From Candidatus Aenigmatarchaeota archaeon (GTDB lineage: Archaea; Aenigmatarchaeota; Aenigmatarchaeia; CG10238-14; SCSR01), in NCBI GenBank assembly GCA_038998335.1, contig JAVZHQ010000001.1, positions 256,001 to 320,000 on the forward strand: 64,000 nucleotides of DNA, read 5' to 3'. This document shows, piece after piece, positions 48,091-56,822 of this stretch (the first letter of the stretch is position 1; the number at the start of each line of letters is the position of its first letter). The notes beneath the pieces were generated by a model, which had not been told where the DNA came from, did not search any database, and saw only the letters and a list, made by a program, of their open reading frames with translations. The position numbers and the translations under genes were made by a program.

Positions 48091-48450
48091 ATGAAAACTG
48101 CTTCTGCTATTTTGGAAGATTCGAGAATTTCTCTTAAGCATTCTGTGATTATTTGCAGAGAGATAAAGAATAAAAGAATTGATAAAGCAAAGGAATTTTT
48201 GGAAATGCTTATCGATAAAAAAATTAGTTTGGACGGAAAGTATTATACTAAAGCTGCTAAACAAATTTTGGAGATTTTAAAGACTGCAGAAGCAAACGCA
48301 AAAGTAAAAAAATTAAATCCTGAAAAACTTTTTGTTAAAGTTGCCAAAGCTGATAAGGGAAGAGTTTTTATTAGGCCGAAATCAAGATGGCGCTTTAGAG
48401 GAAGAAAAGCAAAGGTTACAAGAATAGAAATAACCTTAGGGGAAAGATGA
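48091..48450 (+). CDS. rpl22: 50S ribosomal protein uL22 (short)
   Basis: ISLKHSVIICREI, AEANA; canonical position. Confidence 0.9.
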   Translation: MKTASAILEDSRISLKHSVIICREIKNKRIDKAKEFLEMLIDKKISLDGKYYTKAAKQILEILKTAEANAKVKKLNPEKLFVKVAKADKGRVFIRPKSRWRFRGRKAKVTRIEITLGER

Positions 48451-49124
48451 TGGCTGTGGAAAAGCTTTTTGTAAAGGAAGGTATAAAGGAAGCACAAATA
48501 GAGGAATTTCTAGCCAAAAAATTTGAAAAAGCAGGCTATAGCCATACAGAAATTCAAAGAACTCCTCTAGGAATAAGAATAATAGTATATGCTCATAAAC
48601 CTGGCTTGGTTGTAGGAAAATCTGGGAAAAAAATAAAAGATATAACAGAAGAGTTAAAAGAAAAGTTTGGTTTAGAAAATCCTTTGTTAGACGTGAGGGA
48701 AGTAGAGCAGCCTTTGTTAGATGCTAACATAGTCGCTAGAAGAGTTGCAAGAGCCATAGAAAAAGGAGTAAACTTCAAGAAGGTTGCCAATTATTACGTG
48801 GAAAAAGTTATGGAAGCAGGAGCGATAGGTGTACAAATAAGAATAGGGGGAAAGCTTGCAGGAAAAGAGAGAAGTAGGTTTCAGAAGTTTAAAAAGGGTT
48901 TTGTTGCTTTTTCTGGAGATTATGCTGAAACTTTAGTTGATGTAGGTTATGCTCAAGCTATGATTAAACCGGGAATAGTTGGAATTCGAGTTCATATAAT
49001 GAAAGAAGCTCCTAAGGAGCTAGAGTTTGAAAAGGGGATAAGAAAGGAAAAAGAATTTAAAGCTGGAGAAGAAATAGAAAAAAAGGAGGAAAGTGGTGAG
49101 AAAGAGCCTCAAGCTGAAAAATAA
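48447..49124 (+). CDS. rps3: 30S ribosomal protein uS3
   Basis: AGYS, KPGLVVGKSG, GAIGVQIRIGGKL. Confidence 0.95.
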   Translation: MMAVEKLFVKEGIKEAQIEEFLAKKFEKAGYSHTEIQRTPLGIRIIVYAHKPGLVVGKSGKKIKDITEELKEKFGLENPLLDVREVEQPLLDANIVARRVARAIEKGVNFKKVANYYVEKVMEAGAIGVQIRIGGKLAGKERSRFQKFKKGFVAFSGDYAETLVDVGYAQAMIKPGIVGIRVHIMKEAPKELEFEKGIRKEKEFKAGEEIEKKEESGEKEPQAEK

Positions 49125-49166
49125 AGTTTTGAATTTCTTCTTAATTTTAAAAGGTCAGTTTGAGTT

Positions 49167-49376
49167 ATGAAAGAGTTTAAAGCGAAACAGTTAAGAGAAA
49201 TGAAGCTCGAAGATTTGAATAAAAAGCTTTCTGAGTTAAGATTAGAGCTTATGAAAGAAATGGCTAACGTTAAAATGGGCAGACCTGTTAAAAATCCTGG
49301 AAAGATTAGAGAATTAAGGAAAACTATAGCGAGAATTTTAACTATTAAAAAAGAGAAAAGTGGAGGAAAGAAATAA
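49167..49376 (+). CDS. rpl29: 50S ribosomal protein uL29
   Basis: NPGKIRELRKTIARILT. Confidence 0.95.
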   Translation: MKEFKAKQLREMKLEDLNKKLSELRLELMKEMANVKMGRPVKNPGKIRELRKTIARILTIKKEKSGGKK

Positions 49377-49378
49377 GA

Positions 49379-49678
49379 ATGCCAGAAGTTTGCCCAAAAT
49401 GTGGACTTCCTCTTGAACTATGTGTTTGTAAGACTATAGAAAGAGAGGCAGAAAAAATCAGAGTTTTCATAGAAAGAAGAAGGTTCGACAAGCCAATAAC
49501 AATAATAGAAGGAATAAAAGAAAACGCAAAAGAAATAACCTCTCAACTTAAACAAAAACTTGCCTGTGGTGGAACTTTTAAGAAAGGACATATTGAGCTT
49601 CAAGGCGACCATAGAGCAAAAATAAAGGAATTGTTAGTAAAGCTTGGTTATTCAGAAGATTTAATTGAAATTATATAG
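49379..49678 (+). CDS. Translation initiation factor aIF1 (SUI1)
   Basis: CPKCGLPLELCVC, LACGGT, IELQGDH. Confidence 0.95.
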   Translation: MPEVCPKCGLPLELCVCKTIEREAEKIRVFIERRRFDKPITIIEGIKENAKEITSQLKQKLACGGTFKKGHIELQGDHRAKIKELLVKLGYSEDLIEII

Positions 49679-49705
49679 GTTAAAAATTCAAGAAAAAAAC
49701 GAAAT

Positions 49706-50560
49706 TTATTCTAGTAGTAATTCTTTAATTTCTTTTTCTGTTAGCTTTGAAACTTTGTTTATGTAATTCTCTTGTGAATTCTGTAAAAAAGTTTTAAAAT
49801 TATACTTTTCCAGCAATCTTTTAAGCTTCTCAAATTCTCCTAAATCAAAATTAAATTTCTTCTTGAAAGGAGTAACAAGAAAGAAACGTCCTTCTTCATA
49901 GTTTGCTGGGTTAAAAATAGAGTCCATGCATTTTTTGATTTTTTGTTGAGAAAAGCTATTATCTTTTGTTATATTTTTCAAGAACAGCTTGGCTCTTCTT
50001 TCCATTTCCCTCCTTTTAAGAGATTCGTTTAGTTTGTCTTGAAGAAGGAAGAGGAACCTTCCATACGTTACACATCTCCCGCCATTTTTTTCGGTAACGT
50101 CAAACTCTATGTAGGAAGATTTTACAAAATCTAGTTCAAAAAGATTTTCCACAGTTTCTCTATATATGTCTAACAAGTATTGGTTAAATATGTATTTTTG
50201 ATTTTCCTCACCAAGATAAAGTGGAGATCTATAGCTTATCAACTTTTCTTTATAAAAAAATCCTAAATGAAAATCTGAAAAAGTTTTTTGAAGTTTTGAT
50301 AAGGCTAGTTTAAGCTTTCTCTGATGTTCTAAATTTTTTTCATTAAAATCAAAAAAAGTAAGCGAAGTTGTCAGCCAGGTTGAGAAGTATGACTTTTTAA
50401 AGGGAAAGTAAGATTCATGATATAAAATGCTTAGGTTATCGTTTCTTGTGTTAAGAGAAAATGAGGAAAAAGAATCAAAAATAGGCCGACACTTTGATAT
50501 GGTTAAAAGCTCGTATAATTCACAAGCTTCTTTAAAAAAACTTGAAAGCTCTACCTTCAT
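49706..50560 (-). CDS. Hypothetical protein, antisense insertion in the r-protein operon
   Basis: 284-aa ORF filling the gap between aIF1 and rnp1. Confidence 0.6.
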   Translation of the reverse strand: MKVELSSFFKEACELYELLTISKCRPIFDSFSSFSLNTRNDNLSILYHESYFPFKKSYFSTWLTTSLTFFDFNEKNLEHQRKLKLALSKLQKTFSDFHLGFFYKEKLISYRSPLYLGEENQKYIFNQYLLDIYRETVENLFELDFVKSSYIEFDVTEKNGGRCVTYGRFLFLLQDKLNESLKRREMERRAKLFLKNITKDNSFSQQKIKKCMDSIFNPANYEEGRFFLVTPFKKKFNFDLGEFEKLKRLLEKYNFKTFLQNSQENYINKVSKLTEKEIKELLLE

Positions 50561-50630
50561 AAAAAATTAATTTGTGTTTAAAAAATTTAAATGAAAGAAG
50601 AGTTAAATTAAGCCTTGAGTAATTAATAAT

Positions 50631-50915
50631 ATGCCAATTACACCAGAAAACTTAGTTAGGCATGAGCTTATTGGGTTAGAAGTAAAAATAAAGGAGAGTA
50701 CTGATTCTACTCTTAAGAATTTAAAGGGAAAAATAATAGACGAAACCTACAACACTTTCAAGATAGAGATAAAAGGAGGGAGAGAAAAAATTATTCCTAA
50801 AAAGAATTGCATATTTATATTTATTCTGCCTAATAAAACAAAAGTACAAGTTGATGGTAAGATATTGATTGCAAGACCAGAAGATAGAATTAAAAAGAAG
50901 TTTAGAAGATGGTAA
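50631..50915 (+). CDS. rnp1: RNase P protein Rpp29
   Basis: [24 protein letters not shown]. Confidence 0.95.
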   Translation: MPITPENLVRHELIGLEVKIKESTDSTLKNLKGKIIDETYNTFKIEIKGGREKIIPKKNCIFIFILPNKTKVQVDGKILIARPEDRIKKKFRRW

Positions 50916-51241
50916 GGATGAAAGATGTAGGCATAGATGTTAAGCCTCCAGAAAAAGAGTGTAACGATGAAAAATGCCCGTTTCACGGTAAGCTTAAAAT
51001 TAGGGGTAAAATTCTAGAGGGAAAGGTAGTCTCAGCTAGAGCACAAAAAACAGTAATAGTTGAAAGAAATTATCTTCTCTATATCCCAAAGTATGAGAGA
51101 TATGAAAGGAGACGTTCAAGAATTCCAGCTTATAACCCTGAATGTATAAATGCAAAAGAGGGTGATACAGTAAGGATAGCAGAATGTAGACCGTTAAGTA
51201 AAACAAAGAGCTTTGTTGTGATAGAAGTTTTGGGTAAGTGA
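50909..51241 (+). CDS. rps17: 30S ribosomal protein uS17
   Basis: [20 protein letters not shown]. Confidence 0.95.
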   Translation: MVRMKDVGIDVKPPEKECNDEKCPFHGKLKIRGKILEGKVVSARAQKTVIVERNYLLYIPKYERYERRRSRIPAYNPECINAKEGDTVRIAECRPLSKTKSFVVIEVLGK

Positions 51242-51245
51242 GACT

Positions 51246-51536
51246 ATGAATTTTATTGAGCCTACTCTTCAAAAAATAATTTTAGAACTTTATCAAAAGG
51301 AAAGGCTAACTAAAAATGAAATAGCAGCAATAATCAAACCTCAACTTAAATACTTTTCTCCAGAAACAAAAAAAGCTGAAGCTTATAGAGGTGCAAAAGT
51401 TTATGCTAACTTCTTGGAAAGGGCTAATTATGCTATTAGGTTTAGCTATAAAGGAGGGGACTATACTTTACAGATTACAGAAAAAGGCAAAGAGGTTGCT
51501 AAAAGGTTAATGGCGATGAAAAATGAAAGCAGTTAA
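51246..51536 (+). CDS. Winged-helix protein inserted between rps17 and rpl14
   Basis: LTKNEIA...FLERANY...[11 protein letters not shown]. Confidence 0.65.
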   Translation: MNFIEPTLQKIILELYQKERLTKNEIAAIIKPQLKYFSPETKKAEAYRGAKVYANFLERANYAIRFSYKGGDYTLQITEKGKEVAKRLMAMKNESS

Positions 51537-51921
51537 AGCAAGGATAACAAAAGCATTAAATGTAGGGAGCTATTTAGTTTGCGCAGATAACACTGGAGCA
51601 AAAGTTTTGCAAATAATTTCTGTTTTTGGTTATAAAGGGAAGAGGAGAAGGCAACCTAAAGCAGGGGTTGGAGATATGGTAAAAGTAACAGTAAAGGAAG
51701 GGGATGTAAAGATAAGGAAGCAAGTTTTAAACGCAGTAATAATAAGGCAAAAAGCAGAGTATAGAAGGTTAGAAGGAATAAGAGTAAAGTTTGAAGATAA
51801 TGCTGCTGTTATAGTTGACGAGAATGGCGAACCAAAAGGAACTGAAATTAAAGGACCAGTAGCAAGAGAAGCGGTGGAAAGGTTCTCTGGAATAGGAAAA
51901 ATTGCAGCTATGGTAGTTTGA
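51523..51921 (+). CDS. rpl14: 50S ribosomal protein uL14
   Basis: [22 protein letters not shown]. Confidence 0.97.
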   Translation: MKAVKARITKALNVGSYLVCADNTGAKVLQIISVFGYKGKRRRQPKAGVGDMVKVTVKEGDVKIRKQVLNAVIIRQKAEYRRLEGIRVKFEDNAAVIVDENGEPKGTEIKGPVAREAVERFSGIGKIAAMVV

Positions 51922-51922
51922 T

Positions 51923-52300
51923 ATGAAAAGGCCAAAATCAAAAAAACCTAGAAAGCAAAGAAAATTTTTGTATGAAGCACCTTTACATTTAAGAAGAAAA
52001 ATGATTTCTGCTCATTTATCAAAAGAGTTAAGAGAAAAGTATAAAACAAGAAGCTTACCCTTGAGAAAGGGGGATGAAGTTGAGATAATGAGAGGCGAGT
52101 TTAAAAAAAGAAAAGGAAAAATTTCAAGGGTTGACACAAAAAATTATAGGGTTTATATCGAAGGTATTACAAGGAAAAGGACTGATGGTACAGAAAGGCA
52201 AGTTCCAATTCATCCTTCAAACTTGAGGATAATAAATTTAAACCTTGAGGATAAAAGAAGGGTTAAAATACTTGAGAGAAGAATGAAGGGAAAAGAATGA
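51923..52300 (+). CDS. rpl24: 50S ribosomal protein uL24
   Basis: PRKQRK, RKGDEV, IHPSNL. Confidence 0.95.
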   Translation: MKRPKSKKPRKQRKFLYEAPLHLRRKMISAHLSKELREKYKTRSLPLRKGDEVEIMRGEFKKRKGKISRVDTKNYRVYIEGITRKRTDGTERQVPIHPSNLRIINLNLEDKRRVKILERRMKGKE

Positions 52301-52977
52301 AGCTTAAAAGATTGTTAGCGCCAGAGTTTTGGAAGCAGCCTAAGAAAGTTTTTAAGTTTACTGTGAGCCCTAGACCTGGGCCTCATAAAAAATTTGAATG
52401 TATTCCTTTGTTGATAATAGTAAGAGATTTGCTTAAGCTTGCTGAAACTGGAAAGGAAGCAAAAAGAATAATCAAAAAAGGAGAAATTTTAGTTGACGGA
52501 AAAAAGAGGAAAGATCATGCTTATCCTGTTGGTCTAATGGATGTTGTTTCTGTCCCTAAGATAAAAAAGCATTTTAGAGTTTTACCAGGGGAAAAAGGTT
52601 TGGAAATTGTTGAAATAAGTGAGGAGGAAGCGAATCAAAAGATTTGCAGGATAAACGATAAGACAGCGATTAAAGGTGGAAAGATTCAACTCAACTTACA
52701 TGATGGAAGGAATATTTTAATAGAAAAGGAAAAGGATGAATACAAGACTGGAGATTCTGTCTTGATAGAAATTCCTTCTCAAAAAATTATAAAGCATATT
52801 AGACTTAAGCCTGGTTCTGTTGGAATAATTTTAAAAGGTCAAAACTCTGGGAAAAAAGCAAGAGTGGAGGAAATAATAGAAAGAAGAAGCTTGAAAGAGT
52901 CAAGAAAGATCGTTTGTAGCTTGGAAGAGAAAAAAGTTGAGATAAGTAAAGATTATTTTTTTGTGGTAGAAGAGTGA
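52297..52977 (+). CDS. rps4e: 30S ribosomal protein eS4
   Basis: [24 protein letters not shown]. Confidence 0.95.
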   Translation: MKLKRLLAPEFWKQPKKVFKFTVSPRPGPHKKFECIPLLIIVRDLLKLAETGKEAKRIIKKGEILVDGKKRKDHAYPVGLMDVVSVPKIKKHFRVLPGEKGLEIVEISEEEANQKICRINDKTAIKGGKIQLNLHDGRNILIEKEKDEYKTGDSVLIEIPSQKIIKHIRLKPGSVGIILKGQNSGKKARVEEIIERRSLKESRKIVCSLEEKKVEISKDYFFVVEE

Positions 52978-52981
52978 TGTC

Positions 52982-53491
52982 ATGAAAGAAAACCCTATGA
53001 GGGAAATAAGAATAGAGAAAGTAACTTTAAACGTAGGATGTGCAGCTGACCTTCAAAAAATAGAAAGGGCAAAAAAACTTTTGGAATACTTGACTGGAAG
53101 AAAAGCTGCTGTGACAAAATCGAAAAGAAGAAGCACTTTTGGAGTAGCAAAAGGTAAGCCTGTTGGGGTAAAAGTAACCCTAAGGAAAAAAGAGGCTTTG
53201 GAATTTTTGAAAAAGGCTTTGGAAGCTGTGGATAAAAAGCTTGAAGCCTCAAAGTTTGATGAAGAAGGGAATTTTAGTTTTGGAATTAAAGAATACATAG
53301 AAATTCCTGGTGTGAAGTATTCTCATGAAATTGGAATGCTTGGCTTGGATGTTTGTGTAACTCTTGAAAGACCTGGTTTTAGAATTAAAAGAAGGAGAAT
53401 ACAGAAAAGAAAAATTCCAAAAGAGCATAGGATAACAAGGGAAGAGGCTATGGAATGGGTGAAGAAAAATTTTGGGGTTGAGATAATTTGA
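52982..53491 (+). CDS. rpl5: 50S ribosomal protein uL5
   Basis: NPMREIRIEKVTLN, GNFSFGI, RPGFRI. Confidence 0.97.
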   Translation: MKENPMREIRIEKVTLNVGCAADLQKIERAKKLLEYLTGRKAAVTKSKRRSTFGVAKGKPVGVKVTLRKKEALEFLKKALEAVDKKLEASKFDEEGNFSFGIKEYIEIPGVKYSHEIGMLGLDVCVTLERPGFRIKRRRIQKRKIPKEHRITREEAMEWVKKNFGVEII

Positions 53492-53649
53492 ACGAGTTTA
53501 AGCTTTTAATACTTGCAACAAAAATAAATGGGATATTGTTTAAAAAAGCAGAAATAGAGGAAAGCTTAAACGTTTACATGAATTTGTTTGAAAGCTTAGT
53601 AGAAAGTGAAGAGAGTATTCTAGAAATTTTAGGAAATATGGGTGGTTGA
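53488..53649 (+). CDS. 53-aa acidic ORF between rpl5 and rps14 (absent from ORF track)
   Basis: TTG overlaps the rpl5 TGA after GGGGTTGA; its TGA abuts the rps14 ATG. Confidence 0.5.
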   Translation: MNEFKLLILATKINGILFKKAEIEESLNVYMNLFESLVESEESILEILGNMGG

Positions 53650-53790
53650 ATGAAAAAGTATGGTAGAGCAACAAGAGCTTGCAAGAGATGCGGGAAAACA
53701 AAAGGGGTAATAAGAAAGTATGGTTTATACTATTGTAGGCAATGTTTTAGGGAAATAGCAAAGAAGATTGGGTTTAAAAAGTATTCTTAA
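53650..53790 (+). CDS. rps14: 30S ribosomal protein uS14 (46 aa, absent from ORF track)
   Basis: [15 protein letters not shown]...[26 protein letters not shown]. Confidence 0.95.
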   Translation: MKKYGRATRACKRCGKTKGVIRKYGLYYCRQCFREIAKKIGFKKYS

Positions 53791-53840
53791 GTTTACTTTA
53801 AGGAAAATAATTTTAAAAATAATAAAAACAATTTTATTAT

Positions 53841-54719
53841 ATGTTTGAAGAATTTTCAATTTTTGTAGCTCTTTTTGGTTCTTCTCTTGCTGGAATTTGG
53901 GATTTAAAAACCACAGAAATTCCTGATTCTATTCCTCATGCAATGATTGTTATCGCAATACTAATTGCCTTAGCAAGAAGCTTCTACGAGCAAAGTTTTT
54001 TCCCTTTTGTTTATAGCTTAGCTTGTGGCACTATACTTTTTGCTTTCGGTTTTACTCTTTATTATTCAGGACAATGGGGTGGAGGAGACGCAAAAGTTTT
54101 AAGCGCTATAGGCTTTCTAATTCCAAACATGATTAAAAGTTCTTGGTTTGATAGAATCTTGCCCTTTCCTTTTAGTGGAATGGTAAGCTATACTTTAAAC
54201 GTTTTTTTTGTTGGAACCGCTTACATGCTATTTTATTCTTTTGTCCTTGCCTTTATCAACAGGAAGATTATAGCTTCTTTTTCAAAAGAAGTAAAAGCTA
54301 GTGCAAACTTGATAGCAATTTTTAGCTTAGCTTTATTATTTGTTTTTACTGCTCTTAACCTATACCTTTGTCATCTTTTTGATATACAAATAAACCTTCA
54401 GCTTCTATTAACAAATTCTTTACTTCCCCTACTCTTAACTCTAGGGATTTTTATGGTCTGGAAGTTTACAAAATCTGTGGAAGAAGTTGGGTTCAAGAAA
54501 AGAATTCCTGTTTCAAAACTTAAGGTTGGCGACGTTCTGGCAGAAAGCAAGTTGTGGGAAGGAATAACACAAAAAGAACTTATAAAAATAAAAAAGTCTG
54601 GGAAAAAGTACGTAACTATAAAAGAGGGAGTAAGGTTTGCTCCTGCCTTTCCTTTAGCTTTGCTTTTCACTTTGTATTTTGGTGATGTTTTTCCCTTAAT
54701 CTTTAAGCTTGTAATTTAA
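53841..54719 (+). CDS. A24 prepilin peptidase
   Basis: WDLKTTEIPD, WGGGDAK, RFAPAF. Confidence 0.9.
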   Translation: MFEEFSIFVALFGSSLAGIWDLKTTEIPDSIPHAMIVIAILIALARSFYEQSFFPFVYSLACGTILFAFGFTLYYSGQWGGGDAKVLSAIGFLIPNMIKSSWFDRILPFPFSGMVSYTLNVFFVGTAYMLFYSFVLAFINRKIIASFSKEVKASANLIAIFSLALLFVFTALNLYLCHLFDIQINLQLLLTNSLLPLLLTLGIFMVWKFTKSVEEVGFKKRIPVSKLKVGDVLAESKLWEGITQKELIKIKKSGKKYVTIKEGVRFAPAFPLALLFTLYFGDVFPLIFKLVI

Positions 54720-54744
54720 AAATTTGAAAAACTAAATATATTTT

Positions 54745-55383
54745 ATGAATTTGAGCTTTAGGAGTTTTTTTGATTGGTTTTTAGGTTTATTCGGGCAAAG
54801 AAAAAACATAAGGTTAGGAATATACGGAGAAACTAACGTAGGAAAAACAACTCTTGCAAACAGGATTTCTCTTGACTGGACAGGAGAAGAGGTTGGAAAA
54901 GTTTCTGAAATTCCCCATGAAACTAGAACAGTACAAAAGAAAGAGAAGGTTGAGATTAAGCTAAAAAATAAAAAGATAATTTTAAACCTCTTGGACATGC
55001 CTGGCTTGGCTACAAAAGTTGATTACAGAAATTTTTTAAAGTACGGCTTGTCTAAAAAACAAGCAAAAGAAAGGGCAAGAGAAGCTACTGAAGGAATAAT
55101 AGAAGCTATTAAATGGCTTAGTAATGTTGACGCTGTTCTAGCTGTTATGGATTCTACTCGCGACCCCTTAACTCAAGTTAACATAACCCTTTTGGGAAAT
55201 TTAGAAGCAAGGAAAATCCCTGTAATTATTGTTGCGAACAAAATAGACAAGAAAAGAGCAAAGCCTCAAGCAATAAAGGAAGCTTTTCCACAGTATCCTG
55301 TTGTTGAAGTCTCTGCCTTAAAAGGAAAAAATATGGACGAACTTTATGAGGCTATAGCAAAGTATGCAAGGCGAGCAAAATGA
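54745..55383 (+). CDS. oapA: Small Era-like GTPase OapA (ArvA)
   Basis: GETNVGKTT, DMPG, ANKID, SAL; EATEGIIEAIKWL. Confidence 0.85.
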   Translation: MNLSFRSFFDWFLGLFGQRKNIRLGIYGETNVGKTTLANRISLDWTGEEVGKVSEIPHETRTVQKKEKVEIKLKNKKIILNLLDMPGLATKVDYRNFLKYGLSKKQAKERAREATEGIIEAIKWLSNVDAVLAVMDSTRDPLTQVNITLLGNLEARKIPVIIVANKIDKKRAKPQAIKEAFPQYPVVEVSALKGKNMDELYEAIAKYARRAK

Positions 55384-55778
55384 AGTTGAAAATTGATTTT
55401 GTTTCGTCTGCAACCCTTGACGGAAAACCAAGGAAAGAGAGGATAAACTTCATTTTGAACAAAGTTAAGGATGGTTCGATACTTGTAATGGACGGGGTGA
55501 TGAGCCCAGACGAAGAGCTTGACTTAATAAGAGAAACCATGAGAAGAGTAGACGATGGCTTTCCTGGAATTGAAGTTTGCAGTCTTAAGAGAAAAGTAAA
55601 AGGATTTCAACTTTTCCTTGAAAGAATTTCTGACCATACTTTTAAGTTAAGAGAATTGTTCCTAAGAAAACCTTCTGAAAAAAAACTCAAGTACGGAATA
55701 ACCTTAGTAGGACCTGCAAAGTACATAAAAAAGATTAAAAAGAACCCAAACTCATTTTCTGTTCTTACAGAGGTTTAA
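55380..55778 (+). CDS. oapB: DUF2073 protein OapB
   Basis: GVMSPDEELDLIRETM...FPGIE, ITLVGPA. Confidence 0.8.
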   Translation: MKLKIDFVSSATLDGKPRKERINFILNKVKDGSILVMDGVMSPDEELDLIRETMRRVDDGFPGIEVCSLKRKVKGFQLFLERISDHTFKLRELFLRKPSEKKLKYGITLVGPAKYIKKIKKNPNSFSVLTEV

Positions 55779-55780
55779 TC

Positions 55781-56188
55781 ATGCATAAGTGTATAAGATG
55801 TGGAGAAGTATATCAGGATAATGATGAATCTATTCTTAGAGGTTGTTTAAATTGCGGCTCAATATTTTTTCTCTACTTAAAAACTTCTGAAGAAAGTAAG
55901 CAGCTAGAAGAAATAGAAAAAGAATTAAAGGAAAAAGAAACTACGCTTGAAAAAGAAATAGAAAAGAAGATAGAGGAAATAAAGGAAGAAGAAAAGGTGA
56001 AGAAGAAGAAAGTTGCAAGAAAAAAGTTTGGGATCGAAACGATAAAAATCCCGAAAGAAGGAGTTTACGAGATTAACCTCGATGCTTTGATGAAGAAAAG
56101 ACCTTTGATAGTTCTGGAGAAAGGAAAGGTTTATTTTGTTCATCTTCCTTCTGTTTTTGAAAAGGAGCTTAATAAAGATAAAGAATAG
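55781..56188 (+). CDS. oapC: Zn-ribbon protein OapC (DUF2072)
   Basis: HKCIRCG...GCLNCGSIFF, ETIKI...GVYEINL. Confidence 0.85.
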   Translation: MHKCIRCGEVYQDNDESILRGCLNCGSIFFLYLKTSEESKQLEEIEKELKEKETTLEKEIEKKIEEIKEEEKVKKKKVARKKFGIETIKIPKEGVYEINLDALMKKRPLIVLEKGKVYFVHLPSVFEKELNKDKE

Positions 56189-56566
56189 CTAAAGGATCCC
56201 AAGCTCTTTATCTTTTTCCACTTTTTCTTTCAGTTCAGGCTTTAACTCAACTAACGCGTTGAAAAGCTTTTCTTTGTAATCTTGGGTTATGAGGTTATCG
56301 TCTACTATTGTTTTAAGTAAGATGAAAGTATCCATACTTACTTCTGGTTCTCTATGGGCATTTTTTTCCAAGCAATTATCAAGGCTTATGTTAAAAGCTT
56401 TTCTGCAAGCTTTTGCTAAGGTGCTTGCTGTTATATTATAAATTTCTGCTACAACAATCTGTTCAGGATAGGCTATTTGTTGCTGCTTAACAACTTCACT
56501 CTTCATTTTTTCTATAAGTTCATGAACAGCCTTGAAAATACATTCTTCTCTTTTGCAAGGAAGCAT
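56189..56566 (-). CDS. Hypothetical protein
   Basis: 125-aa ATG-started ORF. Confidence 0.5.
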   Translation of the reverse strand: MLPCKREECIFKAVHELIEKMKSEVVKQQQIAYPEQIVVAEIYNITASTLAKACRKAFNISLDNCLEKNAHREPEVSMDTFILLKTIVDDNLITQDYKEKLFNALVELKPELKEKVEKDKELGIL

Positions 56567-56610
56567 TCTTCTCAGTAAATATTTTTTTCTTTATTGTTTA
56601 TTAGCTTATG

Positions 56611-56769
56611 CTAGCGAAGCGCTTCCTTTTGGATTTGAGCAAACCTTTCTTGGATTTGAGCAAAGGATGCTGTAGTTTGTCTATAAAATTCAAAAGTTAT
56701 ATAAAAAACTACAGCAATCATTAATAGCATTATTACAAGCTCCACTAGCAACAATATTCCACTTGTCAT
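56611..56769 (-). CDS. 52-aa single-TM protein (absent from ORF track)
   Basis: MTSGILLLVELVIMLLMIAVVFYITFEFYRQTTASFAQIQERFAQIQKEALR. Confidence 0.5.
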   Translation of the reverse strand: MTSGILLLVELVIMLLMIAVVFYITFEFYRQTTASFAQIQERFAQIQKEALR

Positions 56770-56822
56770 ACTTATTATAATGGTTTAGGTAGTATTTAAA
56801 GATTACTATTTCTTAGTAGTAA

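Noticed and set aside
56567-56822. Replication origin or CRISPR remnant near oapABC
   Set aside because: No ORB-like repeats or cdc6. The duplicated 15-mer is explained by a small ORF.
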